NCBI GenBank assembly: GCA_965655095.1 | Contig: OZ296652.1 | Coordinates: 2,232,001 to 2,296,000, forward strand | DNA: 64,000 nucleotides | DNA from: Haplodiscus bocki | Lineage: Eukaryota | Direction of reading: 5' to 3' | Shown: piece after piece, positions 24,450-38,529 of the stretch | How the letters are laid out: every line of letters begins with the position of its first letter | How positions within the stretch are numbered: position 1 is the first letter of the stretch | Position numbers and translations under genes: made by a program | The notes under the pieces: model-generated | Seen by the model: the letters and a program-made list of their open reading frames with translations, nothing else | What the model was told of the DNA's origin: nothing | Databases searched by the model: none

Positions 24450-27180
24450 AGTGATTTCCTTCATAAAATTTAAAAAAAGTAGGAAAAAATTGTTATATCC
24501 CCACAAACGAAATTGTTTTGCAGAATGTGTTCGCGTTTCATCAGGAAGCAGTTTGAATTATGAACCTATTGAACTTTTTTTAACTGATTGTCATAGCAGA
24601 AGGACAGTTCTTATTAAGGCACCATTCAATCAATTTATAGATTAAAAGGCACAGCTTTTGAACGTTTCAAGGTGAAATTAAAAAGGCCTGAATTATGTAG
24701 GGAGAAAAAAATGTTTTCGTTTGAATTAAAAACATTTCTGTATTTTGTGGGAAAAGGTCATAGTATCTTTACTGAAAGCTCCTGGTGAAGAAGTAAAAAC
24801 CGATTTCCAGTTGAAGAAGCATGTCTTGATTCCCATTTTTTTGAGCAATATCAAGAACTTAAAAAAACCCAAGGAAAAGAGAAGCAACAAACTTTTATGA
24901 TGACTGACGACTTGGATAATTTTATTATTGATGGGAAGGTACCATTTGCAGCTATTTTTTATCCTAATTTAAAAATTTGGGAAAATATGAACGCAGTTTA
25001 CCAATGAAGAGATTGAAAAACGTAAGAATACTACGTGTGTAATGGAAGATGAAGATTGTGTTACCCAAATTTGTCAGCTTTTCAAAAATTATGAAGGTGT
25101 GCAGAAAGCTACAAAACTTGCTTTTCGAAAAACAAATAGGAAACTGACACTAAAAGCTATTGGTCAGATTGGATCAAGACTTGTTAGTTGATCAGGATTT
25201 GTCAGTTAGTTCAAAAAACTTATAAGATTTGTGTAGAATATTTAACCCGAATAGAAATGGCAAAGGTCTGGTTATTGTGTAGTAGTTTAGTGGTTTCTGT
25301 GACAAACGAGAGAACAGGAGCAGAAAAACCTCAAAAAAATACTTGGCAGCTGTAATCACTTCCACCGGGTATTACGAGAAGAATTGTTGTAATCAGGACC
25401 CGATTGTTGAAAAAATAACGAAGTCACTTATAGGCAATTCAAGGATAAATGTGAAGTGTATCTCAAAAGGGAAGCATTGACTTCATTTTATGATTATGCA
25501 AGATACAAAATGAACATGGCAAAAGTATCTGTATATGGAATGCAAGTTCGTCTATCTTTTCATTATTTTGGTTGGAAAAATTTTAATTCTATCAGAAACT
25601 AGAATGATGAACCCTAATACCAACACATTGACAAAAATATGCGTCTTTCAAGTCCTGACACTAATAAAAGCGGAAAAGTTGAAGCTTTAAATCAAAAATA
25701 TCGAAGTGAAAACTCAATATTTTATTTTAATTGTTAATGAAAAATTTAAATAATGAAAAATTGATCTTTGATGTCATGAAAAAGTTTAGAATCACATATT
25801 GAAATACAGTGCCAAATCCAAAAGAGAACAGAAAAACAATATTTTTGATGACCGTGTTATTGATAAAAAAGAGAAAGAAAAACTTGTCTGCAAAAAAATT
25901 TCGGAGCAACCAAATTCTAAGTAACTATAATAAATGAATCAAGACACCTTCAATGGCTTCGGTCCTGATTCTTTGCGCCTTCCAGCAATGTCACACATGA
26001 ATTCAAAATAGCCTAAAACTGAAATATGTTGTGTAGACAGGAAAGATTTGAATGAAAGACTTGTTCATAGTCTTAATAGAAAAACATTTGAAACTTTTGA
26101 AACATAAAACTTAACAGTTTTTTCAGGAATAAACAAAATGAAAAATTAGTACAAAACATGTAACGTTGGAGGACATACCTGATAAAAAATCGAAAAAAAG
26201 AAAGGGGTTAAGAGATGGAAATATATCCGACACCTCAACATCAATTGACAAGCAGGAGTTTGAAAAAATTTGGAGGATTAGTCATTGAGGTTTGTGGAGT
26301 TATAAAGTTCAAACAAAAGTTCCAAAAACCACATTAGAAAATTTGTCAAAAATTTTTTTCTGATCAGACATAAATATAAATAAAAGACGGTGATATAAAG
26401 TCAGAACAATTGCTAAAATTGAAAATAAATGTTTCTTTTTAGTTAATGCGTTGGTGAACATTGAGTTTTCAATATTAACATAAAAACAAAAAATGGTTGG
26501 AAATTGAATATGACGATAAAGTTTAAAATCACGGCCTATGAGAAAGAGGTTATGCTTTGAAAGTTAGATATGTTGAAAGATTTGATGCCGACTAAACCTC
26601 AATTTTTAAAAGAAATCCACCTCTTTTGGGAGCCCTTCCTTTAGGCAACAGCAAAGGGCTAACGATTTTTTTAATGGTAATAGACGAACTCAAAACTAAT
26701 AGCGTTTATTAGAAAGACACAGATTCTTTCAAGAACGAGGAAAAACAATGAGGTAAACGAAAAGAGGCGGGTTACCTAGAGGAAGTGTTAGGACATAGTA
26801 AAATTGATAAAAGTGTTTTTAGTAGATTTTATGCTATGTTTTTGAATTAAAAACTCTTCGTCAAAGATTAATCTTAGAACCGTCGCAGAAAAGAAATCAC
26901 ATAGGGAGTTTGAAGACGTTGTGACCGTTTGGGGAAAAAATTGGTACGCAGATCGAAAAAGCAGTTGAACAAGAATTTACTTTGGAATAAGTACCAAAAG
27001 AGGTCTTTTCAATGTGGAGTTAATAAACCCACTAGAAAAAATTCTCAAAATGGTTTAAAATCTGCAGGTATGCTTTTTGAGTTATGCAGAGCAGGAAGAA
27101 GGCAAGGTAAAATTTTAGAGCTAAAATTGATCAAAAAAAGAAAACCGCAAAACGAAATTGGTAAAATGCTCTCTCATTAA
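24450..27180 (+). pseudogene. Protein-primed family B DNA polymerase remnant (element F)
   Basis: DS..PAM motif-A-like near 25970, QLLKLKIN motif-B-like near 26410, PLLGALPLGNSK near 26620 and VY*KDTDSF motif C near 26705-26730. Confidence 0.65.
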
Positions 27181-27199
27181 TTAAAAAGAACCGATTTTT

Positions 27200-27950
27200 T
27201 TGAAAGGAATATACGCTTAATTTCCAGCAAAAGAGTTATGCCATCAAAAAATTGATCTGTTCTTTTCAGATGATACTTGGAGCATGAATTTGAAGGACTT
27301 GAACAATTATTGTCTAAAAAATTATAACGTTTATAGTAGTATATTAGTAGTAATCGATAACTTTAGCCAATTTGGATGAAGAGTTCTATCCAAAAAAACT
27401 CAAAAACAATAGAAGATTAAACTGAAAATATTCTTCAGTCCCGAAAAAGAAGACCGAACCTAATTAAAATTTATGATGTAAAAAGATTTGTAAACAAAGA
27501 ATTTTACTGTTTTTCAGGAAATGAATATCAAAATGTATAGTAGATAAAAAAAGTAGCAATCTTTGCTGATGGATTCAATAGAACCGTTTAAAACGTTTAC
27601 AAGGATCCTATTTTTGAAAAAACTAATGCTAGACTGAGTATTGAAAAACTTTCATTATAGAAAAATAATCAACCCTACAAAACCTACTTCAACCAAAAAA
27701 CAGCCTTTCACGTTTGGTTAAAGAAAAATGAAGTGTGTGTACATTAGTTTTTTCAACAGAAGAGAAAAGCCAAACAGAATGCTAAAGAAAGTTTTTAGTT
27801 AGGACTGCAGAGGAAAATTACAAATTTTTCCAAAGGTGATACTACAAAATGCAGTTATAAGATATAAACAATCACAGAAACTTTTGTTCACACTTTTCCA
27901 ATTTTTCAGATGAACAATGTTGTGTACGCCAACAATTCGCGAAGCGAACT
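27200..27950 (+). pseudogene. Polinton retroviral-like integrase remnant (element F)
   Basis: DDTWSMNLKDL, ILVVIDNFSQFG, FADGFNRT and FSKGDTTK motifs. Confidence 0.7.
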
Positions 27951-29353
27951 TTTTCCCCGCGAGATTTTTTGAAGAGAATCGATAGAAAAATCAGTGCTAA
28001 GGATGAAAGAAATTGAGAAATCACTGAGACAATAGGGTATATTCGTGTAGAGTTCCCCTGCGACAACTAGGAGTTAGGCTTTAAATATCTTTGTTTCATC
28101 ACTGTTTATTGTTGTTACTTCATTTGTCAACGCAAGAGTATCTTCACCTAATTGTACATTGGGTGAAAGTGCAGGTATAATTTCAATTTTTACTTTCCTT
28201 CGTTGAGAAGAATATTTTGTTGGTAACTTATATCAGAAACTTATGGAGTATGTTTGATTTGGGGTTTAAAAATTGTACTGTGACATACGGTTGATGGATA
28301 TTGTATTTGGACAGAAATCGAGAACTTGATACAGTTTCCCTTGATACAAAAATAGAAACAATTTCTGTTTGGTAATATTATTTTATACTAGCATTTGGAC
28401 ATTTACTTGTTGAAATTATACACTGGGTTCTTAAATATGTATGTCTATAAACAAAGACAAAATCCCTACGTTGATAACGTATAAAACTCCTTCCTTGAAG
28501 GCCTATCATAAAATAAATAGGTATATCGTTTTGACTCTCTACCCGCATGACGTTACTCTGGCCTTTTGTTGGTGCTTTTCAGAATAGAACACTTATTATT
28601 AAAAATTCCAGGCTATTTTTGGTGTTTACTGTATTGGATACCCAAAACTGTCAGATTTTTCATTTTTTTCCTCTCAAGGCTTCATTAGAGGCAGTAAATT
28701 CAGCTGGAGTAGTCCCATCTGCAAGACCTGTACCAACTTCATAACTTAACAAATTATCATCACTTTTTCCATGTAATTTTTTTTCTATTTTATATCATAT
28801 GTACCTTTTTCCTGGTGCTCAGTACATCCACAGACAACTTTTCAATAATTTCTGACACATAGACTACCTTTTCCTGCAGCCTAATTTTTATCAATCAATT
28901 CTAGTTTACGTCTTGCATTACTTTCATCAGAAACAAACGATAAATCCTTGCTGCTTTTCCAACTTGTTTCAAACTTCACCTTAAGCATAAGCCTTTGGCG
29001 TTATCATCATCACACTTTCAATGTTTTCCGTTACTAGCACATTCCTTATGTTCACTGAACAAAGTATTAGGAGCTAAGTTCACTCGTCTTTTGAGATCAG
29101 CACCTTCAGCATCATCATGAGGTGAATTAGGAAGAGATTTTTGGGCAAATCTACACTATTTAATAATTTGGAGGAGAAACGAAAGCCATCACCTTTTAAG
29201 ATTGATCAATTTCTTTCATATCTTTCAATTTACTAAATTTTATCAACCATTTTAGAATAAAAGAGCTTTATTTGTGATTAACTAGATCATTGACTTTGTA
29301 TTCTGATTTTAATCATTTAAAGCAACAATGTCTTCACTTAATATAACACTATC

Positions 29354-29930
29354 AGTAGTCAGAGAATAAGCTGATTGAATGAGGGTGGAAGACCCACATG
29401 TTTTAAGTTAGGCGATAGCGGTCCCGGAGCCGAGTGCAGCCCAAACCCGTGTTTTGGAGAGTAAGACCCTTCTCGGATCCTATGTTAAAATATGGGTCAA
29501 TGTACTACGGTAGTGTATATTCGGCACTGTGATACTCATCAGCAAATGTTAGATTCTCCGACACTGTGGACCAGACATGGTATACCACTTCAATGTATTA
29601 AGATATTCCAATGTTTCAAAGTAGGTTTCTACTCCAAAGTATTACGAGTTTTGTGCATCGGAAATTGTTTCGTTTGAATGGAGGATCGTGTAGTGTAGTG
29701 TGAGCGTAAGTGAGGGAGGGGGAGGGAAGACGAGAGGTGTTACAGGGTTTCGAACTTGGGAGGATGGAGTCAGAAGTTTTTTTGGAAAGACCGGCGGATA
29801 CTTTTCTACGCATGCGGATAAATTATCACGCCTGCGGGTATTTTATGGGGAGTTTTTGACGATAGGGAGTGTGAGCGTACTGCATGCAGCGGCAGATTTT
29901 TTAATACGGCTGCGGACACTTCATCAAGAG
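29354..29930 (+). repeat. Left terminal inverted repeat of element A
   Basis: Begins AGTAGTCAGAG. Blocks GATAGCGGTCCCGGAGCC, TTTGAATGGAGG..GTGAGCGTA and TGGGAGGATG recur reverse-complemented at 54840-55560. Confidence 0.75.
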
Positions 29931-29959
29931 AGCTTTTTTGTGCTTGCTTTCATCTGAAA

Positions 29960-32760
29960 AGATTGCTTTAAAGGTGAATGAAAAAAGAGAATTCAAAATT
30001 GAACAAATACTGAATCTCTGTAGAAATTCAACTTTCAATGGAAGAGAATGGATTCCACTAGACTCAACTATTCGTTTGGATTAAAAAATGAGAGTCCTTT
30101 CTTTGTCTGCTGGTCAGTTGCTGTATAATGGTTCTTTGTGCGGAATCCATGATGCGCAGAAGTTACAGTTTCTGTTTCATCCCACACTTTTCTGATCTTT
30201 TGCTATGGGTCCGTCTCCACTGTCTCCGAATGTTCACTTGTCTAGTCCCTTGCTGCTGAATTCAAACTTTTTGCTCATTGAGTCGTAACAGCAGTATTTT
30301 TTGCATCACAAACATAATTTTTCACTGCATCGAAATTATTTCGTGAAAAGTCGAGACCCTTTTCATCAAGTTTTTTGTGTATAGCCAACTCGTCCGAGAA
30401 GAGACGTTCCCGCAAGCGTCTGCAGTGAACTAATCAATATAGTTTTTGTTGGGTAACAAATCCCACACTTGCCTTTTCTGTCTTCCTATACAATCATACA
30501 AATTTTTTCTGCTAGCGCTAAATACAACGAATCGGTTTCTATTTCCATCTCCTCAGAATTGTTTGTATCAAAGTTTTATGAAAAAAAAACAAAATAGAGC
30601 TCCAACAATCTCAGCGTTGCGTTCTGCAGGATTAAGAAGCCTACAGGGATTGGTTCTTTAAGTTCGATTTCAGATTTGTCAAGATCTACATGGTAAACTT
30701 GATCCTTGATATGATTCAATCTCTTGAACATTTTTTTTGATCGCTGCATGTGTTTTTTTCATCATTCGTATACTTTGTAATTAAATGGCGACTGCAATCT
30801 TTATTTCGGTAGCCACACGAGTTGTTTGCAAGCAACTTCGTAGTTTCTGCAACAACACTGAATTTGGGATTTTTGTCTACCCGACGAAGAGCATTGACAG
30901 CGTATTGCACAAAGATCCATTTTCCCTTTCTTTCCACATTGAATGTCTTCATCAGTTGGAGCAGGTCGTGCCTCTTGACATCAACAGTAATGATAGAAAC
31001 AGCTCATTTCTTCGAACAATATTCCAATGTTCACAGAACCCATCTGCTTCGAAATAGTTAATCATTTTCTGAGTTCCTGTTGTGTAAAAACTCTCAATTC
31101 TACAGTCCGGTCTCATTCGTTGAGAGTACGAAATAACCTTGTTTTCGAAACTCTGAGATTTCTTCTGACGGGGCTTGAATTGGAAATCTGCAACAAAATC
31201 ATATCTTAGGCTAAGTTCTGTAGACATTGGTTGACGAACCGAGTAGGGGTAAAAATGGCTAGCATCTGTTCCATCGATCGCTTTGCAAACTTTTATGGAC
31301 TTGGGGATGCGAGTCTCATCAACAACAGCTTTACGTGTAAGCACTATTGTTGGTCCTCCAACCGAATCTTGCTGATTGTTTGGTATCATTTTTTGCTTTC
31401 TTTGAATGGATAAGTGTTTGCACTGGTAGAACCGTACAGACAAATGTTGACCAGGTCAAGTAAAGTACGTCCCAGCTTGAGCATATCAATGTCTTTGTTG
31501 GATAAAACTCGAACTGTTTTCTGCATAGCTTTCAATGTTGGGACAACGTCTTTGTTAATGCACCAGCGCTAAAAGTTTTCTAATGACTGCATCTTTTCTT
31601 GATCTTACGCTTTCTCCATGTATGAATAGTTCTCTGCTCCGGTAGATGGTATTCCAAAGAGCCTCATTTTGACCAGCGCACACTTTGTTGTCAAACAACT
31701 ACCGATCAGCTCTTCCTAGTCCATATACTGTTTCTCATGGGAGTTGCAGCTTCGAAGTTTGTTTTGAAAGGCTAAGTAAGCCGGAAGTTCTTTGTCGTTC
31801 AGTTTATCTAGGGGTTGAGCCATTCGGTTTGAAAAGAGTCTTTTCGCGTGTGATATCCTGTAAGTTTTCAGGAATTAATCAAGCTTGGTAGCATTTCCGA
31901 AAAAGCTTGAAATGTCAAGAGATTGAATGATACCAATTTTGAACGAGAGAAATTGATTGATTTTCTTGATAACAGTCGGTTCAATATATCGTTTGCTCAC
32001 TAGAATAGGTAGTAAGCAACTCTTGACAAGGTTGATGTCGTACCTCGCATTTTTGACCCCAAAGACTGGTTATGTATTGCAATGTCTCTCAGAAGGTTCC
32101 TGCAAGTCAAGGAGTTGATTTTTCTGCATTTGCAGAGGCTGCGTTGAGCTGTTATTGTCTTCCGCTTCAAAACCAAGGCCTTGACTGCAACGGTGATTTA
32201 GAGTTTCTATGATACGTGCAAGTTTACTTTTCACTGTGGTTCCATTTTGAAAGCATTTTGAGTATTAGGTTTTCACAGTTTAGTTTGAAAAATTCGCAAA
32301 GATTGGAGCAACTTGATTGCAGCGATGCAAACGGAAAAAAGACCGTTAACTAATATCAAATTGCATTTATTAGTTCATATCTTATACGTATAGCCCACAA
32401 AAAAGCTTTCAATCAGTTCTATGTTGACATAAGGTCATGGAAAGAAGATAATTGAAAAAACAACTTTTTGTCTTCTCAGATGGGGTTATGTTGTCTGAGA
32501 GAAGTAGTCAAGTAGATCTAGTTCCCTCTTAATAAAGCGACAGCTTGTCTGAGGAATTTATTCAAGTAAACAAAGTTCACCTGCTGAGGCGACAGCCTGT
32601 CTGAGTATTTTACTGAAGTGGAACAAACTACCCTGATAAAAAGACATACTGACTGAGTAAAATGTTCAAGCTGAACGATTATCAAGTGAAAAATTTTGTA
32701 CAAATGGCCAATCAAAACCAAAAAGAACAAATAAAAAAAATGCATAGTTTTTGTAGTATG
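29960..32760 (-). pseudogene. pPolB remnant, element A
   Basis: VGGPTIVLTRK, DASHFYPYS and KLLANNSCGY in ORFs 30952-31443 and 30716-30952. Confidence 0.85.
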
Positions 32761-32999
32761 AGGTTTGGAGCTTTCGATTCAAGGAATTATCAAGGTAAGT
32801 CCTCGCAGTAGTCAAGTTAACCAATGAAAGCTTTTAACCACTAAACCACGATTTCATATCTATTTAACTGTAAAAAAAATTAATTAAATCTGATTGGTCA
32901 AACGTTACTATAGTTGAAACTCAATATCTGCACAACTTATACCTCTAGACATCAAACTATGTCGTTTTCCAAAAGTTGTTTTGGTTAGAAACAGCCAAT

Positions 33000-34713
33000 G
33001 TCTGTCAAAAGCAAATCCGCAATTCGAGCAAATTCTATTCAATCTAAGATTGAGTTCTGGAAAGCTTTTTAGACGGAACAGACGTAAATAGTTTTTTTTT
33101 CATCACAATAATAGTGAAAGTGCTCAATCTCATCACCAGTTCGTTTGTGACAATAGAGGTTCCAGGAAAAACAAATTTGCCGTCAAATTATTCCGATTCT
33201 GCGATGTAAAAACCCAGCAACGGTAGATTCTCAAAGAAGAAATGTCCAAATCTGGAAAAGAAATTGTCGTCCTACTAACAATTTGGTGATTTTCCTAAAT
33301 TCTAAGAACAAACCAGCAAATCTACACTGGTTCGTTTAACGAGACCCAAAATTGAAATTGATTCCACATTGTCATAAGACAATCTCTTTGCTCACTGCTG
33401 TAAAGTTATTCGAGAAAATTCCAACAGTCAAATACGTTTATCTCTTCTTCTTGCAAAACACAAGTGACCCTTTTCCATCAAGTTTCTCGACATTCACGGT
33501 TATCAACTGATTCCTGCGTGCTTTGGGGCGCTCTTGTATCTAAGAGCAGATCTATTTTTGGTTATACAAAGTATGGAGCGTGATCGTTTGCTCACAAAGT
33601 ACTTTTCACATTTCCGGAGCACGTAGACATAACAAAAACAGATGAAACACGGCGTTTTTTCTTCGCCAAAAAAGAACATGTTACCTGGCAAGCAAATGCT
33701 TTAAATTATTCCAATTCAATCAACCGAAAATAGCAAAAAAATTCAATTTGTGTGGACAACAAAATACAACAATTTATTGGAGATGTGTTTCTCAAATGCG
33801 TAAAATTGAAAAGTGTTTTCAAAATACAACCAATTAAACATCTAGTTTCTACGACTATAAAAAGACGACAGCCAGCTGTCACGTGCTTATTTTTCTATTC
33901 AAGAAAAAGACGCCAACATTTGGTGGAGATGAAACATGTTGTTCTGCAAAGAGACGAGTCGCGACTACAAAAAGCCATATCCTTTGTTGAGGATTTTTCT
34001 CGGCAAATAACAATCTACCGCCACCGAACCTGAACCGAAAAAGCATAAAATTACTCCCTTTATGGTCTAATCGCGTTGAATTCCCATTGGCTGACGAAAT
34101 GAGCTAGACTTTCAAATTTCGATTGATTTTATACCATCTTAACCTACATTCAAGCAGCATGATCTTTGTACTTTCCAACGAAACAATCCAGTGTTCTGCT
34201 GACTTTGGTCCAGACCCCGTCAATCTGACTGTAAAAGATCTCGTCCAAGAAATGGCGAAAAGATTCCAGGAAAATCCTCTGCAAGCTTAGAAGAAATTGT
34301 TGTTCTATCAAACATCAGATTTTTTGGACAATCATTTGGCTCAAATCCTTATCACTCCCAAACAACAGGGGCCATGTAAAATGAAGGAGGAGGTTCTTGC
34401 CAGTGCTACAGCTCCGGATTTGGATACTAGACTTTAACAGCTATCAGACATTGAAGTGTTTTGGGAAAAACTTCGAGTGGAGTTGGCTGCTGTCTTCAGA
34501 CAAGAGATAGATACTCCTTTTCACCAACAGCCTTCAACGACTTGGAGATGGGAGAAGGAGGATCATCCAAACCCTATTGTTTTGGGTGAAGATGAGGACA
34601 AAGAGAACTCGCCTCCAGCAACTCTAATGTCTGATCGTCCCACTGAACTTCCTAGGTTGCTTCGAAGTAGTCCTTTTGTAGGGCGGATTGAAAATGTGCC
34701 AGAATTTGTTTAG
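33000..34713 (+). pseudogene. Cluster of small conserved Polinton ORFs of unknown function, including Cys-rich and acidic KEN-motif proteins
   Basis: Inverted homologue of 43240-45420, for example EDKENSPP (ORF 34456-34713) versus EDKENPPP (ORF 43250-43546). Confidence 0.65.
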
Positions 34714-35136
34714 AGGACTTTGTTTGAAAAAAGTATAGTGTTCATGTGTGTAATTTTGTTTCCAATTAGAAAAATGTTTCAATAATATCACAAACCTTTT
34801 CCAAACTAGTCATATATGTGTGATATAAAAACAGTTCTGGGTTTTGTAACACTTTTTAGTGGCCGCCATTTTTTGCATATATAGAGTCCATACCGACAAA
34901 AAAGTGGGACAGAAGAGTGTATACAACGTTAAATATGCTTGCCAAACAGAGTACAAAGTTTTTTGTTTGATCGGTGATTCCTATTATCTATTCGATCAAG
35001 ATGTGTGTAGTTTCTAAATGCTCTTGATGTTATGGGAGAATAGGATGCGAAAAGTTTATCAGTGGCTTTAGGTATGGCATTTGCTTCAAAAATCAAGATG
35101 TTTCCTCTGCAAATCTCACAGCAGAAAAATACAACA

Positions 35137-35780
35137 TTTCAGAGGTGGAGAAGAGGTCAATCCCCAGTTTATCTTACACCCCAAAGCCTTCGGGTCTACT
35201 GAGCATTTTCATTCTCCTTGTAAAAAACGGTTCAGACAAAAGTGCTTCCATAAATCCATCAAGAAGTTCTTTATAGTCGTAACCCTCGCAGTGCAAAACC
35301 CCCTTGTCTCCGGAGAGAACTCCCACGAAGTTGTTGCAAATGTAAGATTTGTGCGCATATAGTCCTTTTGAATTGTACACTTGCAGACTATTGATGAACA
35401 CTTGAGTATTGGAAAAAATTCAGTGCTAATTGTTGTTCCCATGATTGACTAGAGCAACTGGAGCTTTTTCCAATTCCATCATTGCTTCATCCCTTTTTGC
35501 CTCTTTTTTGTGCTCCTTTCTAACGTCTTTGTTGTTGTAGGTTTCGTAACCACGACTTTTGACAATTTCCGTTTTCAAAGCCTAGTGAAACTCCCTCAAA
35601 TCAACGTAAAGGTTCCGATCTGGTTGAATTTTGAACTCTATACGGTTTTCATCAAGTGATGTTGTAGGATAAACTTCTTGCTTATGAGACCACAAGACAT
35701 TGTCAACTAAAGTGAGTTTCCTTTCAAGGTTTCCACAAACTGCCACAAAAGTTTGGCACCGAAAACTTTTTGACATGAAT
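35137..35780 (-). pseudogene. Major capsid protein (hexon-like double jelly-roll), N-terminal remnant, element B
   Basis: YPTTSLDENRIEF...YVDL, YNSKGLYAHKSYI and LHCEGYDY. Position between core and protease matches element A. Confidence 0.75.
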
Positions 35781-35799
35781 AACGAGAAATGTTTGTAAA

Positions 35800-36130
35800 A
35801 AAATAACTAAGTGACCGACTTGCTTGTTGGGTAGATTTTGTTGGAATGATTCCCTATTCCTACCACTACTACCCAACTGTTGTTTCAAAATTTCCCTTCC
35901 TATACTCTTCTCTGCACTCTTGAACGTTTTTCTACCACTAACAACCTCTGCAATTTCTGGCGCAGCAAATTCCAACAAGTCAGCAACTACGCCTCTTGCA
36001 GCTGGGAAGAAATATTTTTACGGGAAAATGGAATTGCGGTCCTCTCAATACCTGGTGCAAGTGCACCGAATCACCGTGCAAGTTGTCGACAATTACCTGT
36101 ATAGAATGGCATCTCGACTTGTCGTGAAGT
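35800..36130 (-). pseudogene. Small basic core-like protein remnant, element B
   Basis: EFAAPEIAEVVSGRKTFKSAEKSIGR. Lies between penton and hexon as in Mavericks. Homologue at 52470-52800. Confidence 0.5.
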
Positions 36131-36149
36131 AACCATCTTTTAACGTCTT

Positions 36150-36950
36150 TTAGGTTAGAAATGAATTTTGGAGGCTTTTCCGAAAAACAAAAAAAGACGA
36201 GTGATACCGACAGATACAAAGGGTGTTTTTCACCGCTTGTGTCTCTGAAGTCACTGTGAATCCAATGAAAAAAATATTTTGAGCAGCAGCCTGAATTGCA
36301 GGTTGCTAAATGTCTGACAGTTCATGTACTACTGATTCGTTATAATGTCTCCAGAATTCAGCTTCGAATTGAAACGAAAGCAACACAGCAATGAAACCTT
36401 CGTGTCGCCAACGATATTGTACTCAATCAGGTCCGTGTATATCTTGAGAGAGTGTAGGCGGACAATGTCGTAAGCAAATTCTGGTTTGTGAGGTCCTTTT
36501 CTTCTCAACATTACTCCAAATTCAGTACGAATGTTACTTCTGGAAATGTGTCCCAGATCCGTACTAAAAAAAGCAAGACCAGATCCTTCTATTTGGAGGT
36601 AAATCTAAACTTTTTGTCTTCTTCGAGACAACTTTAACTGTTATACAAATTTCGCTGTGATTGTGTCTTTCTTGAATGAGAGTGTTCATGGGTTCAACGG
36701 TATCCGTAAAGGAAGCGTAAATACCAGGTTCCAGATAGTAGAATTCTGACGACTTTGAAAACTTCCTGTGGAAAACCATGATTTTTTCTCCGTCACATTT
36801 TATAACATTGATGGGTAGGGTTTTTCTGATATTGCAAAACCTCCGTGACCTTCCAGATTCAGTTGCTTTGATAAAAACTTCGTTAAAGAGCTCAGTGTAT
36901 TGTCTGGAAAGAGTTACGAAGATGCATTTGAAACCAACTCTATTGTGCAC
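36150..36950 (-). pseudogene. Minor capsid protein (penton) remnant, element B
   Basis: YYLEPGIYAS and SLKIYTDLIEYNIVGDTKVSLL, a typical Polinton penton motif. Confidence 0.75.
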
Positions 36951-36974
36951 GGTTCTAGTGTTAAAAGATTTTGA

Positions 36975-37850
36975 TCAACTCTTTGCGATAAAATTTACCG
37001 CGGTTAATCTCATACTGTTCAGCTTTTTTGTGTATGCTGGAGGTTTCCTGGAAGAAATTGCAACGTTTTTGAAAACTTCTTCTGTAAATTGTGGCTTACA
37101 ACAATTCCTGAAGTGTATGTCATGTTTCGCGATGCGAACTCTGTCTCTAAATTTGAAAACGGGATTTCTATATTCTCTTAGTGGCTTGCTGTACAGAACG
37201 GACAAGAAGTCGCAATTCTTGATAGTCTCTGGTATCAAGTTTAACAAACCATTTTTTTGGAATTCAGGGTTGTGACAAAGTGAGAAACTTTGTGAATTTA
37301 CTGGTATGCATAGTCTTCCATGTAAGGGTTAAAAACAATTTTCAGGGATGGTGTTGTACGTTCAGCAAATGCAGCCCTGGTCTCACTCATTGTAGGGTAA
37401 TTTTGTCTTCTTTCAGCGCAGTGTTTTGAACGCTCCAGCAAATTCTTTTCCCTCATCAACCCAAAGCTTTTCAGGTTGATTCTTTTGTGTGATCATAATC
37501 AAAAATGCACGAGCAGTTTCCTTGGAACCTTTTGTTTTCATTCTTTTTGCATCTACGGTTCTATCAAACACATCCTGGTGAAATATAAGATATTTTACAA
37601 CGTTAACGATTCTGGCTGGTTTGTCAACGTATGCTCGGTCAATTTACTAAATTTCTTTTTTGAATATCGCAAACGCCTTCATTCTCTTGAATTTACTTGT
37701 GGCAAGAGTAATTTTTCTATAGGAAGTTTCTGGTTGCAAAAATTGTTTCACCTTTGATACTGATAGGTTGCTAGATTTCACTAAAATGTGCATACAGCCA
37801 AAGCAGCACCAACCTGCGTGTAAAATCTTTGCAGCTTCTGACGTACATTT
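36975..37850 (-). pseudogene. Polinton integrase remnant, element B
   Basis: FYTQVGAA N-terminus, WVDEGKEFAG, AAFAERT and FKFRDRVRIAK...PQFTEEVF. Confidence 0.8.
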
Positions 37851-38529
37851 TTTGAAACGGACCCAACTTCTTCTCTCTTTGGCTGCGCATTTTGATTCAG
37901 AACCAGAGTTTGGGATAAACCAGCAGCGTCAAGTAAAGTAAAGCAAAAATCTGGAACGTCTGCATTCTGCGTTTTTACGACAAAGTTTTTGAACAAAGTT
38001 TGACAAAAAAACTTCAGTTTCCAAACCATCCAAAAACAAAGTCTGAAAATTTAAGAGCTTGATACGAGCACAAGTCAAATTTTCGTCAAACAAAAGATCT
38101 ACTTTGGCAAACAGCTTCTTGGTTATTTCCTTCTTAAGCGAATCACTTTGGTAAGTGGTAAATTGTGAAGGTTGAAACTTTGGAAGTTACTGCATTTTGA
38201 CTGAGTGGGTATTCAAACTCTGGTTGTATACAGAAACAGGAACGAGAACAAATTGCTCCATGTCAAGACAAATGGTTAAGGACGGGAGGAGCAATGACTT
38301 TTATGAGTTGCAGCCGCATTTCGATTGCCAGAACGTCTCTTCTTTGCTTACAATTGATTCTTTCCAGAAAGAGCAATCGAACTTCGTTTTGAAGTTTTGT
38401 CAAGTGATGTCTTTTTTTGCTTCGCAGGTTTCCTTTGAGAAGATTTACTATACATTCGCACAAGAACCTCAAAAACTCTTTTGGGCAAGACTGAAGGAAA
38501 AAACTTTTTCATTTGTGGGAAAATGATTG

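Larger units (their letters stand above)
22250..29353 (+). mobile_element. AT-rich Polinton/Maverick-like remnant (element F) of a second lineage, with pPolB directly followed by integrase
   Basis: Decayed pPolB and rve-integrase motifs. Composition and gene order differ from the elements at 29-64 kb. Confidence 0.65.

Noticed and set aside
29348-29353. 6-bp target-site duplication for element A
   Set aside because: ACTATC is not matched after the right end, where ACCCTA begins another repeat array.
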